A stretch of DNA of 64,000 bases, taken from IMG/VR virus record IMGVR_UViG_3300020576_004053, positions 79,152-143,151 of that record. One strand, 5' to 3'. A model generated the notes under the pieces. It was not told the DNA's origin. It saw only the letters and a program-made list of their open reading frames with translations, and did no database searches. Position numbers and translations under genes: made by a program. This document shows, piece by piece, positions 28,756 through 37,592 of this stretch (position 1 is its first letter; each line of letters opens with the position of its first letter). Origin of the DNA: a virus. Taxonomy: Duplodnaviria; Caudoviricetes.

Positions 28756-29238
28756 TCACGCAGTCGTCAGTTTACGCGTACGGGCGAATGCATACGGATG
28801 ACCGGATGCCGATGCCCAACTTGCCTTCGCCTGACCCCGCGTGACGTTCGAATACTGCAACGTCGGACCAATACCACCAGCCCCACGCACTTCGTAATCT
28901 GCGCAGACGTTGTCGTGATCGATGATCATTTTAATCATCGTATCCACCAGATTATCATCCAGTGTCGCCACGTCATCAGTCACATCATCGTCGTCTGTAT
29001 CGACAGCCTGAATCGGAGCGAGTAGTGAATATGACCGGTAGGTGCCATTATCGTTCGTCGTGATATCCGCGTCCTCTGTCACCACTTCCTGCATGAAATC
29101 GCGGACCTGACTCTGCTTGGCCCAGAATCCTTTCGACCGCAGTACATTCTTGATGTCCAGATTGGTCGTGGTTCCGTTGAGCGTCATCAGTGCACGAGCA
29201 ATCTCACGCACTTCCCGTTTCGTAGCGATCTGTTGCAT
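28756..29238 (-). CDS. Hypothetical protein coupled to PARP (HTH-like N-terminus)
   Basis: TTTNLDIKNVLRSKGFW; TGATG overlap with the PARP stop. Confidence 0.7.
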   Translation of the reverse strand: MQQIATKREVREIARALMTLNGTTTNLDIKNVLRSKGFWAKQSQVRDFMQEVVTEDADITTNDNGTYRSYSLLAPIQAVDTDDDDVTDDVATLDDNLVDTMIKMIIDHDNVCADYEVRGAGGIGPTLQYSNVTRGQAKASWASASGHPYAFARTRKLTTA

Positions 29239-30470
29239 CAGGTTCCTACCTCGACAAGATATTTGATGGTGGACTGCTTATCTGAATATACGATGTATTC
29301 GTTGTTAATCAAGTCCGCACCACCCTTGGCGAAGACCGAATCGTAGTTGCCTTTCTTCCGCAAAACCTGTTCCGAGTAGGAATAACACTCTGAACTATGA
29401 TGCAGGATAGAAAACTGCTTCCCGACATGCACATCCATCATGGCAAGAAACGCCGTTGACGATCCACCACCGGTCCATCGCGCCCCACGTAGAGACGTAT
29501 ACCCTGCCGACTTCCGATACTTATCCGCGAAGTAGATCCCGTGTCCAAACATCGATCCAGACAACACCGCATTGGACGGACGGATCTTGAGTCCAGATTC
29601 CAGAATAGAAATCCAGTTTTCGTTTCGTGACCCGTGCCAGAACAGTTCCGTCTTTGGCACTGCTGCCGTCGCCACATGGCCTTCATACTTATTACGCGTC
29701 ATCGGATGTGTCACCACATAGACCGATCTCAACTCTCGCGCATCACCGGCCATATGCTTGCGCACGATATCGATATCTTGCGGAGACGCCAACGTGACGA
29801 GAAGACCAAGCGCATCCAAGATCGTTTTGATCGGTGCGTCATCATCTTCGTCTACATCAGCACCAGCCAGTTTTACCTGACCGGCCATAACGTCCAACGT
29901 CTTCTGTTCCCCATCGATAATCGTACGGAATTCTTGCAGCACCGCATCGCTGACCACGGAATTCTTCAACAAATGATCCTGTACCTTGGCCATCCGACGT
30001 GGAATCACCATATACAGTTCGACCAACAACTTATTGATCGGATCTTTGTCCGTGCCGAGTGCAGCCAACGCGGTAAGCTGATCGACAAACCCCTGCGCCT
30101 CGTTGACCTGTGCAGCGGTAACGGCATCAGAGGAAATCGTATAGTTTTCCGTTACTGACCGTCGCGCATAGGTCAACAGCGTATTGAACAGTTTGTCGAC
30201 CGCTGGCTCTGGGATAGGCTGATATCCGGACTTTTTGGTCGTCGCCTTCACCAGATGAGTGACATCTTTATACCCCTTCTTAACTTTTTCCCGATAAATG
30301 CTGTCCCACTTTGACATCGGATATGATTTCGTAGCCAAAGGACCACCCACTCGTCCCCATTCTGCTAGAAACTCCCCGTTACCGGAAGGCGTCATTGAAT
30401 ACACCTTATTATTGTTTTCCGTCGTCACCATAATGAGACGGACCGGCGAAGTTACGGTAGAAGTAGACAT
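29238..30470 (-). CDS. WGR-domain poly(ADP-ribose) polymerase-like ADP-ribosyltransferase
   Basis: NNNKVY..EWGRVG (WGR); catalytic H-Y-E triad FWHGS / GIYFA / NEYIVY; own TTGACA-17-TAAACT promoter (30477-30505). Confidence 0.92.
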   Translation of the reverse strand: MSTSTVTSPVRLIMVTTENNNKVYSMTPSGNGEFLAEWGRVGGPLATKSYPMSKWDSIYREKVKKGYKDVTHLVKATTKKSGYQPIPEPAVDKLFNTLLTYARRSVTENYTISSDAVTAAQVNEAQGFVDQLTALAALGTDKDPINKLLVELYMVIPRRMAKVQDHLLKNSVVSDAVLQEFRTIIDGEQKTLDVMAGQVKLAGADVDEDDDAPIKTILDALGLLVTLASPQDIDIVRKHMAGDARELRSVYVVTHPMTRNKYEGHVATAAVPKTELFWHGSRNENWISILESGLKIRPSNAVLSGSMFGHGIYFADKYRKSAGYTSLRGARWTGGGSSTAFLAMMDVHVGKQFSILHHSSECYSYSEQVLRKKGNYDSVFAKGGADLINNEYIVYSDKQSTIKYLVEVGT

Positions 30471-30560
30471 AATATGAGTTTAATCGTCTGATTCTTTACT
30501 GTCAACCCCTAGGTACCGGAATGTCGGGGATCTAAATAAACATATACATAATATTTCATA

Positions 30561-30633
30561 AGCACGTGGCGAGATTCGAACTCGCAGTCTCCACCTTGGC
30601 AAGGTGGCACATTAACCGTTATGTTACACGTGC
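30561..30633 (-). tRNA. tRNA-Gly(GCC)
   Basis: CCACC-TTGCCAA-GGTGG. Confidence 0.92.
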
Positions 30634-30781
30634 GAAAACTACGAGCAAATTTAAATGCGCACCGAATGTAACCACCATCCTTCTAGATGATTACGTTCAC
30701 AGAATTGTTACATTCTGTGATTGGGGTCGAACCAATTATATCCGTTAACGATACACGTTCGTCTCGTAGCTAATATAAATA

Positions 30782-31097
30782 TAGGGGATCATGATAAAAA
30801 GGTGTCATGCGGATTTTTGTATGCAGTATATTGTGACGTACTGCATCGCAACGTCTCGCGACGATTTGTATGGTAGTAAGCTTATAATACCGCGAATATT
30901 ATTTCTTACGAATCCATACCCTGCCCTCTGCAATAATCCGTACTCACGGTGTTGGTATACACATGCAAATGGGTGGAGTCTAACCACCGACCATCCTGTT
31001 TATACGGCAACGTCTTTCGACTTGGTGTTGCATTGCCACCCCTGTTCATCGCTAATTAGACTTAGATAACGCATAACGGCGTATCTATGATCCCCTA
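30782..31097 (-). ncRNA. Unassigned ~316-nt structured RNA
   Basis: Terminal stem TAGGGGATCAT/ATGATCCCCTA; GNRA hairpins; loop-loop complementarity AGTCTAAT/GTTAGACT. Confidence 0.7.
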
Positions 31098-31112
31098 AAT
31101 TGTCAAAAAGCA
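31097..31112 (-). promoter_or_regulatory. boxA-like antitermination element
   Basis: TGCTTTTTGACAATTT vs rrn boxA TGCTCTTTAACAATTT; repeated at 58371-58385. Confidence 0.5.
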
Positions 31113-31120
31113 AAAACTGT

Positions 31121-31214
31121 GTAGGGTGGACGCGGCACAAGATATTGCTACCCGTGCGTATTACTGCGAATAATACGCCAACGTACCACAGCTACGCCCC
31201 CACATCCACCCTAC
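31121..31214 (-). ncRNA. Unassigned ~94-nt multibranch RNA directly 3' of ro60
   Basis: 15-bp closing stem GTAGGGTGGATGTGG/CCGCGTCCACCCTAC enclosing further hairpins. Confidence 0.6.
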
Positions 31215-31220
31215 CCAGTT

Positions 31221-32915
31221 TTAGAAATCTCCACGGATGAAATCGGACATAATGGATGGTGCAGCCGAATCGAACCCGACCACATCCATCATTCCAAAGT
31301 CGTTAGGATCTGCGATAGTAAAACCGTTAGAAACTAAACCAACAACTACCGACTTTGCTGGAATGCCCATTTCCTTCCGATACTTGTTCAACGCCTGTAC
31401 TGGCTGCATCCGACCCGCATACGTCTCGTTGTCAGTATACACCACAAACGCGTCAAGCTCAACCTTGTTCTTCAATGCCCACAGGAACGGCAGTGAGCAA
31501 TCCGTACCACCGAAATCCAACCCTTCGGTCAAGTTCACCACATCGTCCAACCGCTGACGGTGTGAGAACGGCAATTCGGTAATACCATCACCTGACCGTG
31601 CTGACGTGAACCCAGACCGCTTACCGCCACGGTTAAACGAATATCCACCACTCGTGAAACCTGCGATCACATAATCCTTTTCCGTGCGCATCGTCATCAT
31701 TGCCATCGCCGCCGACGCCATGCGCGGAGACAACCCGATCACGCCACCCACCTCACCACCCGTCATTGAACCGGACACGTCTAGGAACAGGCCGATACGC
31801 TTTCCCGTAGGAATCACGTTCTGGAATGCCACATAGAACAGTTCGTCCAATGCATCGATGATGGACGGGGTTGGGGTCCACACGTTGTTACCACGCTGAC
31901 CACGACCGGCACGATACGTCAAGAGCGCCGTCAACACCTGAATTGGGTGAATACGATCCTTCTTCACCTTCTCCACATCGCCCAACTTCGCGATGACATC
32001 CTTCGCACCTGACGACATCGGCCCGATCAAACCAACCCGAGTCATCGTCGCCAAGTTACGAACCAGTGCCGTCGTGCCCATGTGTGGCAGCAACGATTCC
32101 CAAACTGCCTTCGTGTTCAGCAACTCCGTAGGAATCACTTCACGTGGCAACTTGTGGGCTTCGATCAACTTCACCGCAGCCGTCACATCCTTTTCCGTCA
32201 ACTTCTTGATTTCATCCACTGCCGCAATGAAATCTGCCACGTCGGTATCGATGACCAATTCCTTGGCACCCTTACCCGTCACGTCTGCAAACAGCGCATC
32301 GTGCGTATCCGTTGCGGGCTTGACGTGCGCCAACCGCAATACGTCCTTGTGCGTCCAGCCATCACGGTTGGCATACTTCACCAACTGATGAGCCAACTGC
32401 ATCGGCGTCTTCTCGTTGTACCAAGCCGCAAAGGCACGACGGATACCACGTCCCCACGTCGCCATGCCGTTGATGTAGTCGGCAAGGTGGAGCACATGCG
32501 TTCCGATACGAGCGACCTTCGGAAGCGCAATATATGCCGCTCGCTTGGCCTCGTCCGTACCATGCGCCATCACCATCGCCAACGCAAACAATGCAGGATC
32601 GTTCTTCGGCGCACGACCGGCTTCCGACAGTTCAACGATGCGGTTTACCACACGCACGCCATCTGCCGCGATTGCACGCATCACTGCCGCTGCGTTTTCC
32701 TTGGTCAACTTCTGTTCAGAAGCGTAATACGATCCACCTTCTGAACCAAGAATCAGGAATCGATCCAGTCGTGAAAAATCCGACACCGAGAAGACCACGC
32801 CACCAGCCGAGTTCTTCACCATATCCTTCTCACGACCCTTGATTGCCTGAGTCTGCGGGGTTACTGCATTGGCACGAACTCGCGTCTGTGCCGTCTTCGA
32901 ATACGTCTTTGCCAT
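31221..32915 (-). CDS. rsr: Ro60/Rsr TROVE-domain RNA-binding protein
   Basis: NSAGG..RLDRFLILGSEGGSYY; KYANRDGWTHKD; ALVRNL; vWA DVSGSM, GGTD, YTDNET; promoter TTGACA-17-TAGGTT (32970-32998). Confidence 0.95.
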   Translation of the reverse strand: MAKTYSKTAQTRVRANAVTPQTQAIKGREKDMVKNSAGGVVFSVSDFSRLDRFLILGSEGGSYYASEQKLTKENAAAVMRAIAADGVRVVNRIVELSEAGRAPKNDPALFALAMVMAHGTDEAKRAAYIALPKVARIGTHVLHLADYINGMATWGRGIRRAFAAWYNEKTPMQLAHQLVKYANRDGWTHKDVLRLAHVKPATDTHDALFADVTGKGAKELVIDTDVADFIAAVDEIKKLTEKDVTAAVKLIEAHKLPREVIPTELLNTKAVWESLLPHMGTTALVRNLATMTRVGLIGPMSSGAKDVIAKLGDVEKVKKDRIHPIQVLTALLTYRAGRGQRGNNVWTPTPSIIDALDELFYVAFQNVIPTGKRIGLFLDVSGSMTGGEVGGVIGLSPRMASAAMAMMTMRTEKDYVIAGFTSGGYSFNRGGKRSGFTSARSGDGITELPFSHRQRLDDVVNLTEGLDFGGTDCSLPFLWALKNKVELDAFVVYTDNETYAGRMQPVQALNKYRKEMGIPAKSVVVGLVSNGFTIADPNDFGMMDVVGFDSAAPSIMSDFIRGDF

Positions 32916-32999
32916 TGTTACGTACCTCCCAATCAAGGGGGTAAAGGGTTTGTACTACGTTGATACTGCAACCTACACACTATTATGTAATCTGTCAAG

Positions 33000-33118
33000 T
33001 GGAGATGATGGGAATCGAACCCAAAGCAGTCTTTTGTTCAGAAAGATAACGCTCCAAAAGTCGTACCGTTGCCGGTCAAGTTATATTAGAACGGTTTTAC
33101 CGCGTAACCTACATCCCC
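33000..33118 (-). ncRNA. tRNA-like Y RNA (Yrl-type) with Ala identity elements
   Basis: GGGGATG/CATCTCC-A acceptor, D and T arms; anticodon arm replaced by TTGACC-GGCAAC-GGTACGA Ro-site stem plus GTTATC. Confidence 0.8.
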
Positions 33119-33135
33119 TTGATTTTCCTACGATA

Positions 33136-33600
33136 CTACTCCGCCGATCCTGCACGATAATTGTTCGGATTGCACCATGTCAAGGTCTGCGTGTGACAAT
33201 TAGGACAAAGCCATCGCAGATTTTCTTTTCGGTTATCGCGATAATTACCGTTTATATGATCAAGCTGTAGCTTCAATTCCATCCCGCGATGTTCACCTTT
33301 GTTTTCACACCATGCACAACAGTACGGAATCGCACGTTTTGCAAAAATGCGCAAAGTAGCCTGTGCTACACGCTTCGAATCTGTAAACACATCCTCATCG
33401 GATAGCCTCTGCCGTCTTTGCCCACGTGTCAAAAAATGGCTCGTATCTATCCCCAATATAGCGATGCGCTCTTTTACTCGCCGGTAATTACTTGTACCAT
33501 CAGAAAGACCGAGTGCATACAACACGTCTCTGACGGTTTTCTGTCCGTCGACTGCACTAATCAGTTGTTCGTCTGACCACTTTCTCTTTGAACCTCGCAT
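33136..33600 (-). CDS. HNH homing endonuclease
   Basis: LQLDHINGNYRDNRKENLRWLCPNCHTQT. Confidence 0.9.
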   Translation of the reverse strand: MRGSKRKWSDEQLISAVDGQKTVRDVLYALGLSDGTSNYRRVKERIAILGIDTSHFLTRGQRRQRLSDEDVFTDSKRVAQATLRIFAKRAIPYCCAWCENKGEHRGMELKLQLDHINGNYRDNRKENLRWLCPNCHTQTLTWCNPNNYRAGSAE

Positions 33601-33681
33601 TTATTCTCTCCTTAAAATAGTGAGAATAAATAGTACGATTCAAATTCAAACGACAAGTTAGTTCGAACCTATGCCCGTTTT

Positions 33682-33933
33682 TTACCACGACTTTAAATTC
33701 GAAAACTCTTCCACCGTCATATCACCCACTAACACCTCAAACGCGGCATAATCAAACTGCTCTCGTAGAAATGCATACAACGATCTACCCGAGTCTTCCG
33801 TGAACTCTTCCTTTGTCGCTTCCATCACCAGCTTAAACACTTTTTCTATGTTTGTGGTATGGAACCATCCTTGGCGAACTATCCGCTTAAAGATATAACG
33901 CAACACCCAGATTTGAAATTTTGATATCATCAT
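33682..33933 (-). CDS. Hypothetical protein
   Basis: 83 aa, coupled. Confidence 0.6.
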   Translation of the reverse strand: MMISKFQIWVLRYIFKRIVRQGWFHTTNIEKVFKLVMEATKEEFTEDSGRSLYAFLREQFDYAAFEVLVGDMTVEEFSNLKSW

Positions 33934-34412
33934 AGTTGGATCGATGCGACCGGTGTTGCAGTATCAGGATAAAAGATAGCTTGTTTATAGCCTCGCACAA
34001 GCCCCCGTTTTACTCTATACTTTCGAATGAGGAAATCCGCCCGACGAAGTACATTCAACTCTTGGTCGTCGCTCCACCATGCATATAATTGGGAAAGTGA
34101 ATCAAACCCAAATACCGTCGTTTGCCATGCCATCGGATGGTTATATACCCATTCTCTGAGCAATGGATCTGCCGCTATTCCCGGTCGTTTCCACTTAAAT
34201 CCAGCATGTACCCTTTTGTTATGTTTAGACGGCAACTGATTGAACGGTTCATGGGTTATTGTAATATCCATGAATTTCCGAGCATCATCTGAATCTATCG
34301 TCGATGCAAACGTACAATTCGTTGCCCATGCATACGGACCCACTTTCACACACGTATGCCGTAACTGAATCATACGATGTTCTACCCGATATACACTTCC
34401 AGATTCTAACAT
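33930..34412 (-). CDS. Hypothetical protein
   Basis: VYRVEH..GPY; FGFDSLSQL..WW; start at MLESG. Confidence 0.65.
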   Translation of the reverse strand: MLESGSVYRVEHRMIQLRHTCVKVGPYAWATNCTFASTIDSDDARKFMDITITHEPFNQLPSKHNKRVHAGFKWKRPGIAADPLLREWVYNHPMAWQTTVFGFDSLSQLYAWWSDDQELNVLRRADFLIRKYRVKRGLVRGYKQAIFYPDTATPVASIQL

Positions 34413-34414
34413 AG

Positions 34415-34542
34415 TGCCAGCGGAGGGAATTGAACCCCCGACCACCCCTGTTTGATAGGATAACGAATCTCAGGGCGTACCGTTGCCGGTCAAGGTTGTA
34501 GAAATTCGGTTTTTAGGTGCTCTACCACTGAGCTACACTGGC
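34415..34542 (-). ncRNA. tRNA-like Y RNA (Yrl-type)
   Basis: GCCAGTG/CGCTGGC acceptor, canonical D and T arms; insert TTGACCGGCAACGGTACG...GTTATC. Confidence 0.8.
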
Positions 34543-34650
34543 GTTGAACTACATATATAGCGACCATCTTTCCCAAACGATCACCCTACTCCCCATCCAC
34601 ATATATTGTCATGTTCGGATGGACGTTCGCATGGGACAAACTTTCCTTCA

Positions 34651-34809
34651 TCAGCACGCTTCACAGTCGTAGGCTTGCTTCACCTGTTTTGTTTCGACCG
34701 GACAATCATCATCGCGATATTTGCACCCATGCCATACGCAACAATGGGTCACATGGACGCCGATCTCATACGGATAATCGTCCTCTACATCTTTCTGTTC
34801 GTCTGACAT
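34651..34809 (-). CDS. Small Cys/His-rich protein (52 aa)
   Basis: MSDEQ...VHVTHCCVWHGCKY...CP...CEAC*; hand-translated. Confidence 0.6.
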   Translation of the reverse strand: MSDEQKDVEDDYPYEIGVHVTHCCVWHGCKYRDDDCPVETKQVKQAYDCEAC

Positions 34810-34812
34810 AAG

Positions 34813-34940
34813 TTGGTCGGGTAGGAGTCGAACCTACAACGGGCCTGTTTGAGTTAACGATAATCTACGTCTCAGGTTACCCCGAGCAAAGGATCGATCA
34901 CCATTGGAGACAGGTGTGTTTACCATTTCACCACCGACCA
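34813..34940 (-). tRNA. tRNA-like RNA, CCA anticodon, 54-nt insertion after position 37
   Basis: TGGTCGG/CCGACCA acceptor; CCTGT-CTCCAA-[54 nt]-A-ACAGG; normal D and T arms. Confidence 0.7.
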
Positions 34941-34945
34941 TCAGT

Positions 34946-35009
34946 GCGGTCAAAGAGATAACCAAGGGGGTTTTATCTTAAAAGGATAACCCTCAGTTGT
35001 TCGTACCGC
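34946..35009 (-). ncRNA. Short Y RNA-like element
   Basis: GCGGTACGA...GTTATC...TTGACCGC. Confidence 0.75.
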
Positions 35010-35082
35010 AGAACAACAATCTACAACAACTTTGGTTACAGCGCAAGTACCGGAGACGAGAAAGTGCAGACTTAGATATGTG

Positions 35083-35787
35083 TTAGTTTGACACAACGTC
35101 TTTTACACTCGGCCACTTACCCGTATCATAATAGAGCCGACGCTGTTTCGCACGAGTGGAATTCTTGTTTCGACTCTTATATGTATCCGTTTGAGAATGA
35201 CAGTTCGGACACAACAATCTCAAATTATCAGGATGGTTGTTGTCAGAGTTGCCATCTACGTGATCTAACTGTAAAGTCAAAGGTTTGTGATTGTGCACAG
35301 ATCCCTGAGAACACCATGCACATGCGTTTCCACGACAATCTATCAACGCCGCCTTCAACACAGACAGAGAATTTGGATTAAGAGTTCCTGCTAAAAATCG
35401 TTCAATTCTAACACGTCTATTATTTGCACCACGACACTTTTTAGAACAATACCGCATATAACGACTACAGCTATTCCCACACTCTAAACATCTAACGGGA
35501 TCACGACTAGCATCACCGGTACGATTATTAGCTTTACCACATTTCAATGAGCAGCACTTTTTATGTTTATTATTACGAAATATATGTTCTTTAACATATT
35601 GATCAAACGAAACGCCACATCGTATGCAATTTAAAACTACGTGAATTAACGGCTTAGTTTTCGTTTGTCTATGTTTTTCAATAGTTGCGTTTCTTTTTGG
35701 ATTTTTGACACAATTAGTAACATGTGCACCAAACGCACGTTTAACATCAAATTCAAACTCACCATCACAATGTTTACATATTTGCAT
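35083..35787 (-). CDS. HNH homing endonuclease with Zn-finger repeats
   Basis: LQLDHVDGNSDNNHPDNLRLLCPNCHSQT; CxxC...CSxxC repeats. Confidence 0.9.
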   Translation of the reverse strand: MQICKHCDGEFEFDVKRAFGAHVTNCVKNPKRNATIEKHRQTKTKPLIHVVLNCIRCGVSFDQYVKEHIFRNNKHKKCCSLKCGKANNRTGDASRDPVRCLECGNSCSRYMRYCSKKCRGANNRRVRIERFLAGTLNPNSLSVLKAALIDCRGNACAWCSQGSVHNHKPLTLQLDHVDGNSDNNHPDNLRLLCPNCHSQTDTYKSRNKNSTRAKQRRLYYDTGKWPSVKDVVSN

Positions 35788-35861
35788 AAAAATACCCCCG
35801 TTACAAATAAGTAGGGAGGTATGGAGCGAAAAACGAGATTTGATGTAAAAGGTACTAATTA

Positions 35862-35935
35862 AGTGGATGACGGGAGTCGAACCCGCAAGAATTCAGTTTG
35901 GAAAACTGACGCTTTACCGTATAAGCTTCATCCAC
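35862..35935 (-). tRNA. tRNA-Gly(TCC)
   Basis: TCAGT-TTTCCAA-ACTGA. Confidence 0.9.
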
Positions 35936-35937
35936 AT

Positions 35938-36020
35938 TGAGCCTAGCTGTACATTGTTCTTTTATATCCCGCTTTTCCATTAGCGGCCCAATCAAACGGC
36001 TTGTCTAACCTCTAGGCTCA
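35938..36020 (-). ncRNA. Unassigned ~83-nt closed-stem RNA
   Basis: TGAGCCTAG/CTAGGCTCA terminal stem; CCGCT/AGCGG hairpin. Confidence 0.4.
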
Positions 36021-36119
36021 TCCCCATCAAAAATTCCATAGGGTTCTGGCGACTCTACCGTTCACTTAATATATAGCGACGATCTGCTATTTTATCAACC
36101 TTGACTTCCGATAAAGTGT

Positions 36120-36274
36120 TAGATACGAGTTGTGAGCTTTCCACCCACACGCTGGTTTGCCTACACTGCGTAGTAGTCGCCGCACTGTTGCCAGTCAGGT
36201 AGCCACAGACCATCGATATAGTGTCTTAACCATCAAGGGATTCGGGCACTATATCTGTTGTTGTCTCGTATCTA
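36120..36274 (-). ncRNA. Unassigned ~155-nt structured RNA
   Basis: TAGATACGAG/CTCGTATCTA; GATATAGTG/CACTATATC; ACTG-GCAA-CAGT. Confidence 0.55.
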
Positions 36275-36350
36275 TGCGTAAGGTGGGAGTCGAACCCACA
36301 AACCACTGATTTTGAGTCAGCGAGGTATTTCCAGTTCCCGTCACTCACGC
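36275..36350 (-). tRNA. tRNA-Leu(CAA), short variable loop
   Basis: GCTGA-CTCAAAA-TCAGT; 5-nt variable region. Confidence 0.85.
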
Positions 36351-36808
36351 GTACTTTTGGGAAAGCCTAACCGTAACTTATCCCGTTCCATCTGTAACTT
36401 ATCAGCCTCACTATACAGTGTCAAGTGAGCGATCTCATCAGCGTTCTGCTTGTCCACATACTCGTATATCACCTCTTTCCGACTCTGACTATAGACATTC
36501 CATCCAGTAGTAAAATACCACGTTGGATGGCTGATCAGTTTAAATGGAATAAACGTGATAACATCTACTATCCACGCAGCACCGGTACGTATTAATATAG
36601 CTATGATTACAAACCACCAGAACAGTATTACCGTTAACACCGATCCTTCAACGGTATATGTCATGTTCGGTACATAATCTCCATGATCAGACCATCCTAA
36701 CACACGACGTTCACCATCTATTTCTACAACCGGCATACGCTTCCACCATATCACAAAAAACGTCATCGCACATACTAAATACGCTAAAACCCCGGCTGCG
36801 AGTTTCAC
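36341..36808 (-). CDS. Membrane protein
   Basis: TM helices. Confidence 0.6.
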   Translation of the reverse strand: MKLAAGVLAYLVCAMTFFVIWWKRMPVVEIDGERRVLGWSDHGDYVPNMTYTVEGSVLTVILFWWFVIIAILIRTGAAWIVDVITFIPFKLISHPTWYFTTGWNVYSQSRKEVIYEYVDKQNADEIAHLTLYSEADKLQMERDKLRLGFPKSTRE

Positions 36809-37260
36809 CAGTCCGATCCTCCCCCGCCACCGCTGAATCCACTATCTGATCCACCAAAATCCGTAGAGGATGACGACGAATCTGATGGGGATGACGGTGC
36901 ACTGAAATCAATAAACGGAATAACGGTGTTGATATCCGTTAAAGGTGACCGTCGTGTGATATCATCGTCATCATTCTTCTTAGATGACGGTAGATCGCTC
37001 ACAATATCATCATCCTGTGGTTTTGTTGGACGCGATACCGTTGGAGTAGATGTTTTCGTCGGTGCCGCAGGACGTACGGTACGAACCGGGGCCGTGAACG
37101 AACGATTCATCTCGGCCATCCGCTTCTCATAATCTTCCCGACGACGTAATTCTGCCCGTCGTTCCCGTTCAGCATCTCGGATCTCTATGATATGTTGAAC
37201 TGCGATCATAATACATCCGAAGATCAACACAACTAATGCGGCGGCTAGAAGGTAGTTCAC
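36805..37260 (-). CDS. Membrane protein with Gly/Ser-rich tail (GFSGGGGGSDW)
   Basis: C-terminus resembles the tails of TPM/YgcG-type proteins. Confidence 0.7.
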   Translation of the reverse strand: MNYLLAAALVVLIFGCIMIAVQHIIEIRDAERERRAELRRREDYEKRMAEMNRSFTAPVRTVRPAAPTKTSTPTVSRPTKPQDDDIVSDLPSSKKNDDDDITRRSPLTDINTVIPFIDFSAPSSPSDSSSSSTDFGGSDSGFSGGGGGSDW

Positions 37261-37272
37261 GGTCGAGATCGG

Positions 37273-37473
37273 TTAGAAGATACGGATGGCAGTCGATGTC
37301 GGTACGTTCTGTGCGTTCAAAGCATTCATCAGGTTGCGCTTTGCTATGTTAAGTGGATTAACAAAACTATATCGATCAAACGTAGATAAATTGCGATAGA
37401 TAGCGTATAGATTTTTCGATTTCCACACCCGATGATAGAAATCGTGTTCGGTGTACATCTTTTGCTTTTTCAT
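37273..37473 (-). CDS. Small basic hypothetical protein
   Basis: GGAG SD within the tRNA 3' end; MKKQK start. Confidence 0.5.
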   Translation of the reverse strand: MKKQKMYTEHDFYHRVWKSKNLYAIYRNLSTFDRYSFVNPLNIAKRNLMNALNAQNVPTSTAIRIF

Positions 37474-37475
37474 AG

Positions 37476-37559
37476 TGCTCCGAGCCGGAATCGAACCGGC
37501 ACCCCCTTACGAGGACAAAATTTTAAGTTTTGCGTGGCTGCCAATTACACCATCGGAGC
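37476..37559 (-). tRNA. tRNA-Leu(TAA)
   Basis: CAAAA-CTTAAAA-TTTTG; long variable arm. Confidence 0.92.
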
Positions 37560-37592
37560 GGTGTTGTAACTTAGTATCTACCAGCCGATCTG

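Noticed and set aside
30782-31097. RNase P RNA or group I intron
   Set aside because: No GAGGAAAGUCC P4 motif, no recognisable P7 core, and it does not interrupt a gene.
29634-32744. Long plus-strand ORFs (29634-30158, 32082-32744 and others)
   Set aside because: Antisense shadows of PARP and Ro60 with no motifs.
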